Shown here one piece after another: positions 9,403 through 18,014 of a DNA stretch of 64,000 nucleotides. A program made the position numbers and the translations under genes. Source of the stretch: Victivallaceae bacterium (GTDB lineage Bacteria; Verrucomicrobiota; Lentisphaeria; Victivallales; Victivallaceae). The notes beneath the pieces were generated by a model, which saw nothing but the letters and a program-made list of their open reading frames with translations, ran no database searches and had not been told where the DNA came from. Position 1 is the first letter of the stretch, and each line of letters opens with the position of its first letter. The stretch lies in the NCBI GenBank assembly GCA_041665605.1, contig JBAYIO010000005.1, forward strand, positions 20,641 through 84,640, given 5' to 3'.

Positions 9403-9660
9403 ATGGATAAAGAGGAGAGACCGGAACCGGATGATATCCAGCTCCCGGAATTCGATTATCCGGAATATCCGAACTGGAAACGCGGACTGAAGTGGGGCTT
9501 GTACGCCGGGATACCGGTTTCGCTGCCTGCTTTATCGCTGCTGGTTTTCCGGTCGGAACCTTTACTGGTAAAAATATTTTACGTCCTGATAATTGTTGTT
9601 TTGACTTTTCTCATTGTTGGAAGTATCGGCGCCTTTCGTCCTGACTGGGACAAAAAGTAA
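9403..9660 (+). CDS. small membrane protein (two predicted TM helices)
   Basis: 85 aa with an acidic N-terminus followed by two hydrophobic stretches. Its stop lies 2 nt before the helicase ATG. Confidence 0.5.
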   Translation: MDKEERPEPDDIQLPEFDYPEYPNWKRGLKWGLYAGIPVSLPALSLLVFRSEPLLVKIFYVLIIVVLTFLIVGSIGAFRPDWDKK

Positions 9661-9662
9661 AT

Positions 9663-11072
9663 ATGACCACAGCTCCGCCGGTAAAAATCCGCTTTTCCCA
9701 GGGTACGCTGCTGCTTGAAGCCACGCCCGGACAACTTATTCCGGTTGCCCGTGACGTGATTTTCGATGAACGGGTCAAGCTCTACCGGGCGCAGGCATAT
9801 AAATACGCCGGAATAATTATCGCCCTCCGGGAACACAAAATTGATTTTATCGACGAAGCCCGCGCCTATTCGCAACTGGAGCTTGAACTTCATGCCGGAT
9901 TTACGCCGCGTCCGCATCAGCAGGAGGCGTTCCGCTGCTGGCGCGTGGAAGCTGCCGGGCGGGCGATGATCGTCATGCCGACCGGCTCCGGTAAAACTTA
10001 TCTGGCGGTAATGGCGATAAGTGCGATCAAGCGGCCGGCGCTGATTGTCGTTCCAACCATCGACCTGATGCAGCAGTGGGCCAGTTCGCTGGAGAAGTTT
10101 TTCCGCTGCAAGGTCGGAATGCTCGGCGGCGGCAGCCGCGAGATCGAGCCGGTCACGGTAACTACTTACGACTCGGCGGTGATACACATGGAATTCATCG
10201 GCAACCGTTTCGGCTTCGTGATTTTTGACGAATGCCACCATCTGCCGGGCCAGGTCAACCGCACCGCCGCTTCCATGTGCATGGCCCCTTACCGCCTGGG
10301 ACTGACCGCCACGCCCGACCGCGAGGACGGCGGCAATGAGATTATGGAGGAACTGATCGGACCGATTGCCTACCAGATACATATCGACGAACTTGAAGGC
10401 TCCGTTCTGGCGCCTTACATCACCCGGCGGCTGGAACTGGCGCTGGAGCCGGATGAAGCCGCCGAATATCAACTGTCGCGGCAGATTTATACCGGTTTTC
10501 TGCGCCGCAACGGCATTACGTTCAATCAGAAAAGCGACTGGGCCAGGTTCATCGGACTGTGCGCCCGGCAGCCGGACGGGCGCAAAGCCCTCGACGCTTA
10601 TCTTGCGCAGCGCCGGATTGCCCGCGCCGGCAGAAGCAAATTCAATAAAGTATGGGAATTGATCTGCCGTCATCGCGGCGAACGGGTCATTGTGTTCACC
10701 GCCGATAACGACACCGCCTACGACATGGGACGCAGTTTTCTGCTGCCGGTGATCACCCACCGGACCAAGGCCGCCGAACGCAAGGAGTTCCTGGACAACT
10801 TCCGTTCCGGGCAGTATCCGGTGCTGATTACGAGCAAGGTGTTGAATGAGGGGGTGGATGTGCCGGAGGCCGGAGTCGGGATCATTGTTTCCGGCAGCGG
10901 CAGCATCCGCGAACACGTCCAGCGCCTGGGGCGGATACTGCGGGCAGGGGAGGGCAAGCAGGCCGTATTGTACGAACTGGTCAGCGAAGGCACTTCCGAG
11001 GTCAACGTCAGTGAGCGGCGGCGCGAACACCGCGCCTATAAAAATCATTTCAGTTATAAAAGGCGGTTCTGA
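9663..11072 (+). CDS. xpb: XPB/Ssl2/Rad25-type SF2 DNA helicase
   Basis: Motif I MPTGSGKT, motif II DECHH, motif III GLTATP followed directly by the XPB-specific RED motif (TATPDREDG), and motif VI QRLGRILR. Confidence 0.85.
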   Translation: MTTAPPVKIRFSQGTLLLEATPGQLIPVARDVIFDERVKLYRAQAYKYAGIIIALREHKIDFIDEARAYSQLELELHAGFTPRPHQQEAFRCWRVEAAGRAMIVMPTGSGKTYLAVMAISAIKRPALIVVPTIDLMQQWASSLEKFFRCKVGMLGGGSREIEPVTVTTYDSAVIHMEFIGNRFGFVIFDECHHLPGQVNRTAASMCMAPYRLGLTATPDREDGGNEIMEELIGPIAYQIHIDELEGSVLAPYITRRLELALEPDEAAEYQLSRQIYTGFLRRNGITFNQKSDWARFIGLCARQPDGRKALDAYLAQRRIARAGRSKFNKVWELICRHRGERVIVFTADNDTAYDMGRSFLLPVITHRTKAAERKEFLDNFRSGQYPVLITSKVLNEGVDVPEAGVGIIVSGSGSIREHVQRLGRILRAGEGKQAVLYELVSEGTSEVNVSERRREHRAYKNHFSYKRRF

Positions 11073-12314
11073 ATGCTGACCAAGGATCTGATGAAATTCC
11101 GCCGCAGCGGCGAAACGGTCAAACCGGTGTTCATTGCGGTTGATGATCCGGCCAATCTGGAGCTGGCATCGGAACTGCTGGCGGTCTACCGCCTGCCGGA
11201 GGACGGGCCGCCGCCGACCCGCGGCGAACTTGAGGAAATCGTCGAACCGCTGCTTAACGCTCATAAAGACGTCAAGCTGGCAAAGGGTTTTAACAAGCTC
11301 ATTCTGGACCGCTGTAAATTTACGATGCCGCTGGAATTTGATTATGCCGGGTTGCGGCGGAAACTCTTTACCGGATCAGCCGCCATGCTCACCGGCGGAA
11401 CCGCCGGTCTGGCGGAATACCGCCGTCTGCTGCTCGAGTCGGTTCCGGAATCCGCCAATATCATCGACGGCGGCATTTATGCCGATCTGCCGCAGAACGA
11501 AACGCTGGTTACGGTCAAACCGATGTTCACGAAGGAGCTGCTTGAACGCTATAATTGTTCCCAGGTGCAGGCATTGCTGTTCTATTGCAGCGACATGCTG
11601 GCGGAGGTTGAAGACCCGGACCCCGCGGAAATGCGCCGCATCTTCAAGTACCTGAAATTTTTCCGGCTGCTGGCGGAAGTCAAGAAAATGCCGGACGGCA
11701 AAGATGAAGCGGGCAATAAAACCATGCGCATTCAGATGCAGATCAGCGGCCCCGCCGGTATTTTTGAAAATTCCCGTAAATACGGCTTGCAGCTCGCAAC
11801 TTTTTTTCCGGCGGTATGCCTGTTGAAAAAGTGGACGGTTAAGGCGGAGATTGACCTGGACGGCAGAAAATGCAAGCTGCGGCTGGACTGGAAAAGCAAT
11901 CTGGTCAGCCATTACCGCAATTTCAGCGCCTATGTTCCGGAGGAAGTCGCCATGTTCCACCGCCTGTTCAAAGAAAAAATACAGGACTGGCAGATTGTCG
12001 GCGACACCCCGTTTTTCGATGCAGGCAATCAGGAAATAATCTTTGCCGACCTGAGTTTTAAAAACTCCGGCGGCAAAATCGTTCATCTGGAACTTTTTCA
12101 CCGCTGGCATTCCACCCCGCTGCTGAAGCGCCTGGAATATTGCGCAGCCCATCCTGAGCTGCCGTTCATCATCGGCGTTGACCGCAGTCTGTCCGAACGT
12201 CCCGAAATAAAGCAAGTCCTGGACAACAGTGATTTCTTTCAGAAAAAAGGTTTTCTCTTCCGCGACTTCCCCGGAGTAGAGCGCGTCTACAAACTCCTGG
12301 AATCCGTTAGTTAG
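11073..12314 (+). CDS. Bax1-like nuclease (DUF790) partner of XPB
   Basis: 413 aa. Its ATG abuts the helicase TGA (TGAATG). Size and strict adjacency match the archaeal XPB-Bax1 arrangement. The family is assigned from context and length, not from a verified motif. Confidence 0.6.
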   Translation: MLTKDLMKFRRSGETVKPVFIAVDDPANLELASELLAVYRLPEDGPPPTRGELEEIVEPLLNAHKDVKLAKGFNKLILDRCKFTMPLEFDYAGLRRKLFTGSAAMLTGGTAGLAEYRRLLLESVPESANIIDGGIYADLPQNETLVTVKPMFTKELLERYNCSQVQALLFYCSDMLAEVEDPDPAEMRRIFKYLKFFRLLAEVKKMPDGKDEAGNKTMRIQMQISGPAGIFENSRKYGLQLATFFPAVCLLKKWTVKAEIDLDGRKCKLRLDWKSNLVSHYRNFSAYVPEEVAMFHRLFKEKIQDWQIVGDTPFFDAGNQEIIFADLSFKNSGGKIVHLELFHRWHSTPLLKRLEYCAAHPELPFIIGVDRSLSERPEIKQVLDNSDFFQKKGFLFRDFPGVERVYKLLESVS

Positions 12315-12323
12315 CCGGAAGTC

Positions 12324-12360
12324 GCAGGCCCCGTCCGGAAATTCTATGGACGAGGCCTGC
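12324..12360. terminator. imperfect GC-rich hairpin between convergent genes
   Basis: GCAGGCC-C-CGTCC, an 11-nt loop, then GGACG-A-GGCCTGC. There is no clear U-tract on either strand. Confidence 0.35.
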
Positions 12361-12402
12361 CGGGTGGTGCATCGGTCACTCCGATCAACCAGTTGCCCGC
12401 GA

Positions 12403-14772
12403 TTAATATTTGTATTTGTAGATGCTCAAAACTTCATCATCAGTCAACGCCCGGCTGAATATTCTTAAATCATCCAGTTTGGCGTTGAGCCCGGAGGTAT
12501 TGCCTCTGCCCATTGTCAGCGACGCTCCATTGATGGCAAGCACGCCGCCGCCCAATTTGGCGCCATACGGTGAGCCGTTGATATAAAGCTGTCCGCCGGT
12601 GGCTGATTTGTAAACCATCGCGACATGAGTCCAGGTATTTAACTGAATCACAGGCGATGTCACAGAGATACTCTGCCATGTGCCGCCTGCATTTGCCAGG
12701 AAACGGATTTTCCCGTCAAAGCCGCCTGAATTGTCGCCGAAGAAATAGCAGACATAATTCGCATCGCCGGTAGAAGTCCATTTCTCGACCGGGAAACTGG
12801 CGTATCCCGATGTAATTGCACCGGGTTTGATCCAGAAACTGATTGTAAGGTTGTCCGCTATATTCAAATTATCATTGCTGTAGACGGAGACAGTGTCGCT
12901 GCCGTCGAAATTAAGCGCGTTTGCGATGACGCCGCCGCCGACATCCCATGTGGCTCCGCTTATTGTTCCGGTGTTGCTGTTGCCTGAAGAATCGGTTGCG
13001 TATATTCCGCTGCTGCTGTCAAACCTGTAGTCAGCCGACTGGGTTGTTTTCAGTCCTTTGAGCGCGACATTGACCGCAATTCCGTTCGGCGGCACATTAT
13101 TCAAGTTTGAAGAGCCGACCGCTTTCAGGACAAACGTATTGCCGGGGACAAACGCGACATCCGTATTGTTGTATGGCAGATAGAAATCTCCGCTGCAACT
13201 GCCAGCAGCCAGAGTCTGGGTTGCCGCGCTTATTTTAGCGCCGTTTTTCCATAATTCCAGCGAAACCGTACCGCTGGTGATTGCCGGGGTGGTGGAAACG
13301 GTATAGCCGGAGATTCTGCCGGCAGTGCTGCAGGCATATTGGGCGCCAGTCAGAGTCTGGCTTGGTTTGGCATGCAGCGTGGTGTCATTATAGATGGTAA
13401 TTGGATCATAAATGGTGTACAGCCCGGCGGCAAAAGCCGCGTAATTGCCGTTGCTGATTAAATTGCTGTTATATATAAAGCAGTTGCTGCTGTACCAGCA
13501 ATAACTGCCTGCTGTATTGCTTTGCACCGTGAACGGGCCGGGAAAATATGACGACAAGCCGGTCTGTCCTATTTCTCCGGGACAGGCGCCCCGCAAAAGA
13601 TTGTTTGAAATAGTGATGTTGCGCGGCCGCGCAATATGGTCGGCATCCAATTGCGGAACTGCCGGATCATTCCAGGTCGGATCAGTGGCATCGGCTTCAA
13701 TACGAATGCCGCCGCCGCCGTTTGCTGAATCCATTTTCAGCAAGTTTGATGACACTGTCCCGGTACGCACTCCCAGCAGTCTGATGCCGTAAGTGTAGGA
13801 AGGAACGCTGGACGGAATAAATACTGTATTGTTGGTGATGGTAATATTTCCCGGCGCCGGCGCATCAGGTATTTCCAGGCCGGCGTAAATCATGGCGCCG
13901 CCGCCATACCATGTGGTTCCGCGTTCCGCCACCCGTTCAACATAATTGCCGGAGACAGTGGCATTCGTGCAATTGCTAAGCAGAATTCTGCCGTCAATAC
14001 TGTAGCATGTATTATTGGAGATAGTGACGTTAGTCAGGTTATGGCATCCAATAGGATCGTCGCCGACATTGTTAATTACATTGCTGTCTATGAGCACCGT
14101 ATTTACATTAGCCAGTCCGAACCCTTCTGAATCGGTATAAGAGTGATTAGCATTGATAGTGCTGTTCTTGATTGTCACATTGGTCATGCTTATGGCGCCG
14201 TTGGGTTCCCAGTTGATATTATTGCCGGACTCTGTCGCGCCGAACAGGTATACCTCCGCCGGCGGATTCGACACCCCGCTGGTGAAATCGAATTTAACAT
14301 TGTCGATGGTTGTGCCGTTAGTGTTGAAAATAAATATTGCCCGACAGAATTTTGCATTACTGGTGGCTTTAATAGTCAGGTCTTTAATCGAGCCGTTAAA
14401 CGTATTCTGCACCCCGCCGTTATTCCGGTGCCGGCTGATGCCGACGCTAATCCAATATTGCCGGCCAAGGTTGTTGTCTAAATCCGCGTCGCATTGAATG
14501 GTTGATGAATTATTCGCGCCCAGTCCCCTGATGCTGCATGAACCATACAAAAACATATTTTTAGTGACGGTGATAGTCATGCCGGATGGAATTGTCAGGG
14601 TATTTCCGGTGCCGGCGACGGAATCGAATGCGGTTTGAAGCCTGGTGGATTCGTCTCCAGTTCCTGTTATGCCGAAAGTTGTTACGCTGATATCGGCGGC
14701 GTTTGCGAGACTGGCGGCGAACATGGAAAACAATAATAATCCGGAATGTAAAAATAGCGATGATTTTTTCAT
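12403..14772 (-). CDS. secreted right-handed beta-helix protein with C-terminal LamG/concanavalin-like domain
   Basis: Signal peptide MKKSSLFLHSGLLLFSMFAASLANA. Repeated (N/T)xT(I/V)xN beta-helix turns. C-terminal W..VA.VY...G...LY.NG and LDDLRIFSRALTDDEV are typical of LamG (Laminin_G_3) domains. Confidence 0.8.
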   Translation of the reverse strand: MKKSSLFLHSGLLLFSMFAASLANAADISVTTFGITGTGDESTRLQTAFDSVAGTGNTLTIPSGMTITVTKNMFLYGSCSIRGLGANNSSTIQCDADLDNNLGRQYWISVGISRHRNNGGVQNTFNGSIKDLTIKATSNAKFCRAIFIFNTNGTTIDNVKFDFTSGVSNPPAEVYLFGATESGNNINWEPNGAISMTNVTIKNSTINANHSYTDSEGFGLANVNTVLIDSNVINNVGDDPIGCHNLTNVTISNNTCYSIDGRILLSNCTNATVSGNYVERVAERGTTWYGGGAMIYAGLEIPDAPAPGNITITNNTVFIPSSVPSYTYGIRLLGVRTGTVSSNLLKMDSANGGGGIRIEADATDPTWNDPAVPQLDADHIARPRNITISNNLLRGACPGEIGQTGLSSYFPGPFTVQSNTAGSYCWYSSNCFIYNSNLISNGNYAAFAAGLYTIYDPITIYNDTTLHAKPSQTLTGAQYACSTAGRISGYTVSTTPAITSGTVSLELWKNGAKISAATQTLAAGSCSGDFYLPYNNTDVAFVPGNTFVLKAVGSSNLNNVPPNGIAVNVALKGLKTTQSADYRFDSSSGIYATDSSGNSNTGTISGATWDVGGGVIANALNFDGSDTVSVYSNDNLNIADNLTISFWIKPGAITSGYASFPVEKWTSTGDANYVCYFFGDNSGGFDGKIRFLANAGGTWQSISVTSPVIQLNTWTHVAMVYKSATGGQLYINGSPYGAKLGGGVLAINGASLTMGRGNTSGLNAKLDDLRIFSRALTDDEVLSIYKYKY

Positions 14773-15082
14773 TTCATTTCTCCTTGTCGTTTTCTGTTTT
14801 TTGTGAAAAGCATAATTACTCCATACGTTCTATTGGCCCTCCTTATTTAGTTGCGCAATTTTTTTGTTTGAGTCAAATTTTTATGACTCAATTAAAATTA
14901 ACTTTGTTGCATAAACTGTTTAAAATTCTTTTAGTATATATTGCAGGCCGGATGCAGGAATCCTGCAACCGGTTATATAATATTCCGGTAATCCGGTGTT
15001 ATTTATTCCGGCAGATCATTGCCGGCAGTTCCGTTGCCGGATCGCAAATGGTTCTGAGCAGTCTTTAACTTGCGGAGGCGAG

Positions 15083-16510
15083 TTAAATTTTACCGGCATA
15101 CCATCGCCATGGCGGACACGTTTCATCTTTGCCGGCCCCATGTACCTGAGGCTGCTCCGTTTGAATATACCAGCGTAACAGTCTGATTTCCAAATCTCTT
15201 TGTATATGGGCATAAACCGGATTATCATAAAGATTGTTCAGCTCCTTCCGGTCGGCATCCAGATCATAAAGCTGTCCCCACGAGATTTGTTCCTTCCAGC
15301 ATATGGAGAGCTTGTGTGTTTTGGTGCGGACAGTCTTTACGAAGGGAGTTTCAAAAAATACCGCCTGCTTTGCATCCCATGGTTTTCCGCAACGCATCCC
15401 GCTGCCTGTTACTGCGCTGGCCAAACTCTGTCCCTGTACTGTATCCGGGCATTCGATTCCGCAAAGTTCAAGGATGGCAGGCATTACATCAACCATTTCT
15501 GTCAATTCGTGAATCTGTTCCTTGCCAGTTTTTCCTTTCCAGTAGAAAATGAGCGGAATATGGTGAAGGACATCGAATGTCGAAAGATTTTTTCCGAACT
15601 GGCCGTATTCTCCGCAAAAATCTCCATGATCTGCGGTAAATACGATGATTGTATTTTCGAGTTCGCCCATTTTTTCAAGCTGTTTCATGATCCTGCCGAT
15701 TTGGTCATCAATCATGCTTACAAGGCTGTAGTAATTGGCGATTGCCTGCCGCAATTTTTTTTCTCCGGTCTGGAAGACGTTCCACATATTCTCGCATCCG
15801 GGGCGTTTTACGTCAGGCTTATTGTACCATTTTTCGTCATATGGCGGAAGCTCTATATCATCGGGATTGTAAGGAAATGGGTTGTCATCAGGAACGCATG
15901 TTGGAGGATGCGGCCGCTCAAATGTGGACCACAGAAAAAAAGGTTTGTTTCTGTCTGCCTGCTCCAGATACTTTATGGTCTCATCGCCGGTCCATGCCTC
16001 TACGGAATGCTTGTAAGGAATATTGGAGACATAAGCATCATATTCTTTTACATGTGTGTCATTGTACCAGCCGTTGTCTCCGAAACCATGTTTTTTCAGG
16101 TATTCGTGATAATCGTTTTGCTCCCCGTCATTTCCTCCTGCGCAGATTCTGGAGTATTCAAACCCCATATCGTCACAATGCCCTGAATGAGTCTTGCCGA
16201 CAGTTGCGGTCTGGTAGTTGTGGTTATTTTTTAAAAAATTCGGCAGGGTAGTCAGAGAACTGACATCAACAGAATTGCAGTTTGTCATTATGCCGTGAGT
16301 ATGCAAATACTGTCCTGTAAGGAGAGTTACTCTTGAAGGCATGCATAGTGCCGACTGACTGTAAGTCCGCTGAAAATCAACACCACCCGCGGCAAGGCTG
16401 TCAATGTTAGGGGTTTTGACCACTTTGTTCCCATGACAGCCAAGCGCTTCATAGCGGTGCTGATCAGTCATAAAAATCAAGATGTTGGGCTTTTTTTTAT
16501 TTTCCATCAT
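15083..16510 (-). CDS. Cys-type (formylglycine-dependent) sulfatase
   Basis: NILIFMTDQHR followed by the CMPSRVTLLTGQ (C-x-P-S-R) signature. No signal peptide is visible. Confidence 0.9.
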   Translation of the reverse strand: MMENKKKPNILIFMTDQHRYEALGCHGNKVVKTPNIDSLAAGGVDFQRTYSQSALCMPSRVTLLTGQYLHTHGIMTNCNSVDVSSLTTLPNFLKNNHNYQTATVGKTHSGHCDDMGFEYSRICAGGNDGEQNDYHEYLKKHGFGDNGWYNDTHVKEYDAYVSNIPYKHSVEAWTGDETIKYLEQADRNKPFFLWSTFERPHPPTCVPDDNPFPYNPDDIELPPYDEKWYNKPDVKRPGCENMWNVFQTGEKKLRQAIANYYSLVSMIDDQIGRIMKQLEKMGELENTIIVFTADHGDFCGEYGQFGKNLSTFDVLHHIPLIFYWKGKTGKEQIHELTEMVDVMPAILELCGIECPDTVQGQSLASAVTGSGMRCGKPWDAKQAVFFETPFVKTVRTKTHKLSICWKEQISWGQLYDLDADRKELNNLYDNPVYAHIQRDLEIRLLRWYIQTEQPQVHGAGKDETCPPWRWYAGKI

Positions 16511-16573
16511 GCTTTACTGCATTTCTTTAAATTATCTGTCCGCTGACGAGCAAATCCCGTCAGGGTATTGCAC

Positions 16574-17977
16574 TTATTTCTTTTGATCTGCCGGGTTGTT
16601 TATCATTATGATACCGGCGGTCAATTCCGGCCAGTTTTTCCATTTCCAGAATGCCGGAGGCTGTGCTGCCGGCGTACCGCAGACGGTTCCCAGGAAAACA
16701 ACTATTTTGCCTTTGCCGTATTTTTTGCTGACCAGCAAAGGATAGCCGCCGGCCTTGAGCAGCACTTCCGCATCTTCCGCCGGTGCGAGGTCGTGCCGGT
16801 AGTAAACGCATGGTTTTTCTTTCCAGTCAATATTGCCGAACTGCTGAGCAGACGGTTCAATCAGCAATGGCGCGCTTGAACCTTTCACCTGCCAGGCGTC
16901 TTTGATTTTTACGGGGAGGAAATCATTAAGATATGAAGTCTGATATTCCCCTTTGTCCAGAGAAAACAAACCGCCTAAAATTATTAAATTCATGCCATTT
17001 TTTACATTCGCGATAATATTCTTCAGGACAAAATCAGGAATTACCTGATTGGGGCCGAAAGGGCAGTCGACCAGGATACAGGCTTTCGCTTTTTGCATTG
17101 ACACAGAGCCTGGCAGCCTGTTGATAAAAAATTTATTTTCCGGAGTCAACGCCGGTTCAGTGTTTTCAATATAATAATTTCTTATTTCTTTATCGCTGAC
17201 TCCATTCTTCAGCAGATTCGCGGCAATGTTGTAACGGTTGAATGATATTCCGTTGAAGATAATATAATCATTACGGGGGGAACTGCTCTGTTCCTCGTTT
17301 GGGCTGACTTTGGAAATAACTATATTATCAATCAGGAATTTCATTGGTTTCTCTGTCACGCCCCAGCAGCCAATGCGAAGTTTTCCTCCAAGATATTCCT
17401 GGCGTCCGAGGATTGCGGCAGCGCCGTCAATATATACCGGGTCAACCATGTCTCCCTGATAATACTCCACAAGATCATTGTCAGTGTCAAAATAAATCTT
17501 ATAATGCAGCCATTTATTTTTCTCCACATTGCTCAGGCGGCGATGGCCGACAGGTTCATTGTTAAAATATTTTATTCGTTTTGCAGTTGCTTCGGGAAAA
17601 TACCGTCTCCAGTCTTTACAGTAATCATGCCAGAAAAGGGTAATATTATAGAATTCAATAAACAGGCCGATGCCCTGTTCATTATGATTGACATTCAAGT
17701 CGAACTCAACACTTCCTTTCCGGATAACAGGAATCTCCGTCTCAATATATCCGCCCTGAAGTTTTTCAGCCGGGCTGGAGGTGACTTCCAGTTTGCCGTT
17801 TTTAATTACATAGGTGCTGGCTTCCTTATTCGATTCCGGCTGGTGTACGCTCCATTTTTCCCCAACCGGTTTTCCTTCCGGATAATTATTAAAGCTGATA
17901 TTCACTGCCGGTTCACCGCAGTGAAGAACACCGACGGCGGTCAACAGTAGAAAAGATATCAATAAGTATTTTTTCAT
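16574..17977 (-). CDS. secreted two-domain protein (LamG-like N-terminus plus amidotransferase-like C-terminus), a fused paralog of 20578-21228 and 19811-20554
   Basis: Has a signal peptide. The N-terminal half aligns with the 216-aa protein (LHYKIYFDTDNDLVEYYQGDMVDPVYID vs IKIKIVFDNNTKIVQYFIDDMENPVMID). The C-terminal half aligns with the 247-aa protein (EPALTPENKF...LIILGGLFSLDKGEY vs TPALTPENQF...LVILGGLFTLNKGEF). Confidence 0.75.
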   Translation of the reverse strand: MKKYLLISFLLLTAVGVLHCGEPAVNISFNNYPEGKPVGEKWSVHQPESNKEASTYVIKNGKLEVTSSPAEKLQGGYIETEIPVIRKGSVEFDLNVNHNEQGIGLFIEFYNITLFWHDYCKDWRRYFPEATAKRIKYFNNEPVGHRRLSNVEKNKWLHYKIYFDTDNDLVEYYQGDMVDPVYIDGAAAILGRQEYLGGKLRIGCWGVTEKPMKFLIDNIVISKVSPNEEQSSSPRNDYIIFNGISFNRYNIAANLLKNGVSDKEIRNYYIENTEPALTPENKFFINRLPGSVSMQKAKACILVDCPFGPNQVIPDFVLKNIIANVKNGMNLIILGGLFSLDKGEYQTSYLNDFLPVKIKDAWQVKGSSAPLLIEPSAQQFGNIDWKEKPCVYYRHDLAPAEDAEVLLKAGGYPLLVSKKYGKGKIVVFLGTVCGTPAAQPPAFWKWKNWPELTAGIIMINNPADQKK

Positions 17978-18014
17978 TCGCCAATCCTTTATTAAGCAGT
18001 ATGGCCCCGCTTCG

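Noticed and set aside
9579-11264. 561-aa minus-strand ORF, the longest 'extra' ORF in the track
   Set aside because: It lies entirely antisense to the XPB helicase and the start of the Bax1-like gene, both of which carry clear motifs. Its translation is Arg/Ala/Gly-rich with no motifs, which is typical of a shadow ORF in GC-rich coding DNA.
11376-12215. 279-aa minus-strand ORF
   Set aside because: It is antisense to the Bax1-like gene, which is translationally abutted to the helicase. There are no motifs and no plausible promoter or RBS.
15200-16186. 328-aa plus-strand ORF
   Set aside because: It is antisense to the sulfatase, which carries the CxPSR signature. It is a shadow ORF.
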